From: an uncultured virus (IMG/VR IMGVR_UViG_3300017970_000189)
Lineage: Duplodnaviria; Heunggongvirae; Uroviricota; Caudoviricetes
Reading direction: 5' to 3' (one strand)
DNA: 20,000 nt
IMG/VR virus record: IMGVR_UViG_3300017970_000189
A model generated the notes under the pieces. It was given only the letters and a program-made list of their open reading frames with translations, ran no database searches and was not told where the DNA came from. Below, one piece after another: positions 16,145 through 20,000 of the stretch. The translations under genes and the position numbers were made by a program. Numbering within the stretch: position 1 is the stretch's first letter; each line of letters starts with the position of its first letter.

Positions 16145-19100
16145 TAAAAACATGCGGGGTGGCCGGATTCGCCGCCTGGGCGAACCGGAAGCTCCGGATG
16201 ATGCCGCGCGCCTGCAGGACATCTACTCCATCGTAGGGACCTGCATCCAGGGTCTCTCTGGGCGCGAGGTATTTGCAGGATTCGCCGGCCGCGGTTCGCC
16301 TGGCGTGACGGGGCCTCCCGGCCCCTCCGGCGTCACCGGACCGCCGGGAACGGCGACCGGAGCTCAAGGGGCGACGGGAGCCCAGGGCGCCACGGGTGCT
16401 CAAGGCGAGACGGGCATCCAGGGCGTCACGGGTCCCCCGGGTCCACAAGGACCGCAAGGACCGCAAGGACCCCAGGGTCCTCAAGGATTTCAAGGACCCC
16501 AAGGGTTTCAGGGCGCTCAAGGTCCGCAGGGATATCAGGGTCCGCAGGGCGGCTTTGGAAATCAGGGTTTCCAAGGGTCACAGGGCTTCCAAGGTCCTAT
16601 AGGACCTCAGGGTCCGCAAGGTCTGCAAGGACCGCAGGGACCGCCTGGAACTCAAGGACTTCAGGGTTTTCAAGGTCCGCAGGGACCTCAGGGACCGCAA
16701 GGGTTTCAGGGGCCGCAGGGTCCTATAGGAGTACAGGGCGCTCAAGGTTTCCAAGGCCCTCAGGGATCGCTCGGGCCACAGGGTTTCCAAGGGCCTCAAG
16801 GTCCTATAGGAGTACAGGGCGCTCAGGGCCCGCAAGGTCCGCAGGGCCCAGCCGGCCCACAGGGCCCTCAAGGGCTTCAGGGACCCCAAGGCTTCCAAGG
16901 ACCGCAGGGTCCGCAGGGCTTCCAAGGACCCCAGGGTTTCCAGGGCCCACAGGGTCCGATCGGGTTCCAGGGCCCGCAGGGACTCCAGGGCCCGCAAGGA
17001 TTTCAGGGGCCGCAGGGTCCTATAGGAGCTCAGGGCGCTCAAGGTTTCCAAGGTCCACAGGGACCGCTCGGGCCACAGGGCTTCCAAGGGCCACAGGGTC
17101 CGATTGGATTCCAAGGAGCGCATGGCACTCAGGGTTCTCAGGGCGCACAGGGACCCCAGGGCCCGCAAGGCCCGCAAGGACTTCAGGGTCCTCAGGGATT
17201 CCAGGGTCCACAAGGTGCGCAGGGCTTCCAAGGACCCCAGGGCTTCCAGGGCCCACAGGGTCCGATCGGTTTCCAGGGACCTCAGGGCCCGCAGGGACTC
17301 CAGGGTCCTCAGGGTTTCCAAGGCCCGCAGGGCTCGATCGGATTCCAGGGCGCTCAAGGTTTCCAAGGCCCTCAGGGTCCGCTCGGGTCACAGGGTTTCC
17401 AAGGGCCACAGGGTCCGATTGGATTCCAAGGAGCGCAGGGCACTCAGGGTTCTCAGGGCGCACAGGGACCTCAAGGACCACAGGGTCCACAAGGACCCCA
17501 GGGTCCGCAGGGACCGCAAGGACTCCAGGGCCCTCAGGGATTCCAGGGCCCGCAGGGCTTCCAAGGGCCCCAGGGATTCCAGGGTCCGCAGGGTCCGATC
17601 GGGTTCCAGGGACCTCAGGGCCCGCAGGGCCCACAGGGACTCCAGGGCCCGCAAGGATTTCAGGGGCCGCAGGGTTCTATAGGAGCTCAGGGCGCTCAAG
17701 GTTTCCAAGGACCGCAGGGACCGTTCGGGCCACAGGGCTTCCAAGGGCCACAGGGTCCGATTGGATTCCAAGGAGCGCAAGGCGCGCAGGGATCTCAAGG
17801 CCCACAGGGTCCACAAGGACCCCAGGGTCCGCAGGGCCCACAGGGACCTCAGGGCCCGCAAGGACTTCAGGGTCCTCAGGGGTTCCAGGGTCCACAAGGT
17901 GCGCAGGGCTTCCAAGGGCCCCAGGGATTCCAGGGCCCACAGGGTCCGATCGGTTTCCAGGGACCTCAGGGCCCGCAGGGACTCCAGGGTCCTCAGGGTT
18001 TCCAAGGGCCACAGGGTCCGATTGGATTCCAAGGAGCGCAGGGCACTCAGGGTTCTCAGGGCGCGCAGGGACCTCAAGGCCCACAGGGTCCACAAGGACC
18101 CCAGGGCCCGCAAGGTGTTCAGGGCCCTCAGGGACTTCAGGGACCCCAAGGATTCCAAGGTCCGCAGGGGCTGCAGGGCTTCCAAGGACCCCAGGGATTC
18201 CAGGGACCTCAGGGTCCGATCGGTTTCCAGGGACCTCAGGGTCCGCAGGGACTCCAGGGCCCGCAAGGATTTCAGGGGCCGCAGGGTTCTATAGGAGCTC
18301 AGGGCGCTCAAGGTTTCCAAGGACCGCAGGGACCGCTCGGGCCACAGGGCTTCCAAGGGCCACAGGGTCCGATTGGATTCCAAGGAGCGCAGGGCACTCA
18401 GGGTTCTCAGGGCGCACAGGGATCTCAAGGCCCTCAGGGTCCACAAGGCCTGCAAGGAGCGCAGGGACCTCAAGGATTCCAGGGTCCCCAAGGCGCTCAG
18501 GGCTTCCAGGGTCCTCAGGGTTTCCAGGGCCCGCAGGGACCGATCGGCTTCCAGGGTCCACAAGGACTCCAGGGACCCCAGGGACCTCAGGGTTTCCAAG
18601 GACCGCAGGGCTCGATTGGATTCCAGGGAGCGCAGGGCACTCAGGGTTCACAGGGCGCTCAAGGATCTCAAGGTCCTCAGGGACCACAGGGTCCTCAAGG
18701 ATTCCAGGGTCCCCAAGGACCACAGGGCGCGCAGGGTAATCAGGGTAATCAGGGGACGCAAGGCGTTCAAGGTCCTCAAGGTCCGCAGGGACCACAAGGG
18801 CCTCAGGGACTTCAGGGCCCTCAGGGATTCCAGGGTCCTCAAGGTGCGCAGGGCTTCCAAGGGCCCCAAGGTTTCCAGGGCCCGCAGGGCCCGATCGGAT
18901 TCCAAGGACCTCAAGGACTTCAGGGTCCCCAGGGTCCTCAGGGATTCCAAGGCCCGCAGGGCTTGATCGGATTCCAGGGCGCGCAGGGCGCTCAAGGATC
19001 TCAGGGCCCGCAGGGCCCACAAGGACCGCAAGGTCTCCAAGGACCACAGGGCCCACAGGGCTTCCAAGGGCCGCAGGGCCCACAAGGATTCCAAGGTCCC

Positions 19101-20000
19101 CAGGGTTTCCAGGGCCCGCAGGGACCGCTCGGGTTCCAGGGCGCGCAGGGACTTCAGGGGACGCAGGGCGTTCAAGGCCCGCAGGGTCCACAAGGACTTC
19201 AGGGCCCTCAGGGATTCCAGGGTCCTCAAGGTGCGCAGGGCTTCCAAGGACCCCAAGGTTTCCAGGGCGCGCAGGGACCGCTCGGGTTCCAGGGACCTCA
19301 AGGACTCCAAGGGCCACAGGGATTCCAAGGGCCCCAGGGTTCGATCGGATTCCAGGGCGCTCAGGGTCTTCAGGGACCTCAAGGCTTCCAAGGTCCTCAG
19401 GGATTCCAGGGTCCGCAGGGCCCGCTCGGATTCCAGGGAGCGCAAGGTGCGCAAGGTGCTCAGGGACTACAAGGTCCGCAGGGTCCGCAAGGACCACAAG
19501 GTCTCCAAGGTCCGCAGGGTCCGCAGGGCTTCCAAGGACCACAGGGCGCGCAGGGACCTCAAGGCTTCCAGGGACCCCAAGGTTTCCAGGGTCCGCAGGG
19601 ACCGATTGGATTCCAGGGGCCTCAGGGACTCCAAGGGCCACAGGGCTTCCAAGGACCTCAAGGCTCGATTGGATTCCAGGGTGCGCAGGGAGCTCAAGGC
19701 TCTCAGGGTCCGCAAGGTCTACAGGGTCCGCAAGGTGCGCAAGGACCGCAGGGCGCGCAAGGACTTCAGGGACCACAGGGACCACAGGGACTTCAGGGTC
19801 CCCAAGGATTCCAAGGGCCACAAGGTGCTCAAGGATTCCAAGGCCCTCAGGGATTCCAGGGTCCACAGGGTCCGCTTGGGTTCCAGGGACCGCAAGGACT
19901 CCAAGGGCCGCAGGGCCCACAGGGATTCCAAGGACCGCAGGGCTCGATCGGATTCCAGGGAGCGCAGGGTGCGCAGGGTGCTCAAGGATCTCAGGGACTA
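16131..20000 (+). CDS. Giant collagen-like fibre protein, 3'-truncated by the window (>=1290 aa)
   Basis: Manual translation from ATG 16131: [31 protein letters not shown]...GSPGVTGPP...GPQGFQGPQ. No stop seen; Gly phase at 16359 matches Gly phase at 19995. Absent from the ORF track because there is no stop. ATG 16152 is an alternative start. Confidence 0.93.
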   Translation, partial: MSDLDKNMRGGRIRRLGEPEAPDDAARLQDIYSIVGTCIQGLSGREVFAGFAGRGSPGVTGPPGPSGVTGPPGTATGAQGATGAQGATGAQGETGIQGVTGPPGPQGPQGPQGPQGPQGFQGPQGFQGAQGPQGYQGPQGGFGNQGFQGSQGFQGPIGPQGPQGLQGPQGPPGTQGLQGFQGPQGPQGPQGFQGPQGPIGVQGAQGFQGPQGSLGPQGFQGPQGPIGVQGAQGPQGPQGPAGPQGPQGLQGPQGFQGPQGPQGFQGPQGFQGPQGPIGFQGPQGLQGPQGFQGPQGPIGAQGAQGFQGPQGPLGPQGFQGPQGPIGFQGAHGTQGSQGAQGPQGPQGPQGLQGPQGFQGPQGAQGFQGPQGFQGPQGPIGFQGPQGPQGLQGPQGFQGPQGSIGFQGAQGFQGPQGPLGSQGFQGPQGPIGFQGAQGTQGSQGAQGPQGPQGPQGPQGPQGPQGLQGPQGFQGPQGFQGPQGFQGPQGPIGFQGPQGPQGPQGLQGPQGFQGPQGSIGAQGAQGFQGPQGPFGPQGFQGPQGPIGFQGAQGAQGSQGPQGPQGPQGPQGPQGPQGPQGLQGPQGFQGPQGAQGFQGPQGFQGPQGPIGFQGPQGPQGLQGPQGFQGPQGPIGFQGAQGTQGSQGAQGPQGPQGPQGPQGPQGVQGPQGLQGPQGFQGPQGLQGFQGPQGFQGPQGPIGFQGPQGPQGLQGPQGFQGPQGSIGAQGAQGFQGPQGPLGPQGFQGPQGPIGFQGAQGTQGSQGAQGSQGPQGPQGLQGAQGPQGFQGPQGAQGFQGPQGFQGPQGPIGFQGPQGLQGPQGPQGFQGPQGSIGFQGAQGTQGSQGAQGSQGPQGPQGPQGFQGPQGPQGAQGNQGNQGTQGVQGPQGPQGPQGPQGLQGPQGFQGPQGAQGFQGPQGFQGPQGPIGFQGPQGLQGPQGPQGFQGPQGLIGFQGAQGAQGSQGPQGPQGPQGLQGPQGPQGFQGPQGPQGFQGPQGFQGPQGPLGFQGAQGLQGTQGVQGPQGPQGLQGPQGFQGPQGAQGFQGPQGFQGAQGPLGFQGPQGLQGPQGFQGPQGSIGFQGAQGLQGPQGFQGPQGFQGPQGPLGFQGAQGAQGAQGLQGPQGPQGPQGLQGPQGPQGFQGPQGAQGPQGFQGPQGFQGPQGPIGFQGPQGLQGPQGFQGPQGSIGFQGAQGAQGSQGPQGLQGPQGAQGPQGAQGLQGPQGPQGLQGPQGFQGPQGAQGFQGPQGFQGPQGPLGFQGPQGLQGPQGPQGFQGPQGSIGFQGAQGAQGAQGSQGL
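16359..20000 (+). repeat. 9-bp GGN-NNN-CAR coding tandem repeat with higher-order units of ~260-350 bp and ~610-660 bp
   Basis: GGTCCGATTGGATTCCAAGGAGCGCA recurs at 17097, 17412, 17754, 18015 and 18366; TATAGGAGCTCAGGGCGCTCAAGGTTTCCAAGG recurs at 17021, 17678 and 18290. Confidence 0.9.

Noticed and set aside
16086..19985. Many long repetitive ORFs on the - strand and alternative + frames (LRTLESL, DPVGPG, RDSRV repeats)
   Set aside because: Shadow frames of the 9-bp collagen repeat; the real frame starts at 16131.
16359..20000. Possible CRISPR array or non-coding satellite
   Set aside because: No unique spacers; variation is concentrated at synonymous positions and the X codon of a Gly-X-Y frame.

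Overview
GC-rich window that looks like part of an uncharacterised bacterial virus or virus-like element; no rRNA, tRNA, CRISPR or housekeeping genes were seen. Left arm (- strand) is a replication module: a RepB'-type primase (2754-4634), an origin-like intergenic segment with palindromes and GTAAC repeats (2541-2737), an SF1 UvrD-like helicase (832-2517) and a DCL/DUF3223 protein (176-829). A sigma70-like promoter and a ~225-nt leader with two interleaved inverted repeats precede the primase. The middle (5035-7598, + strand) has small accessory ORFs and a cluster of CCTATAGG palindromes. From a near-consensus sigma70 promoter (7768-7796) runs a putative structural operon: a 748-aa HTH/coiled-coil protein, two transglutaminase-like paralogs (one with an intact triad, one lacking the catalytic Cys), membrane proteins, three beta-rich candidate jelly-roll virion proteins, and a giant collagen-like ORF (16131 to >20000, about 404 consecutive Gly-X-Y triplets, Y mostly Gln) that the ORF track misses because it has no stop in the window. 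Family calls come from motif recognition by eye, not database searches; the capsid calls are tentative.
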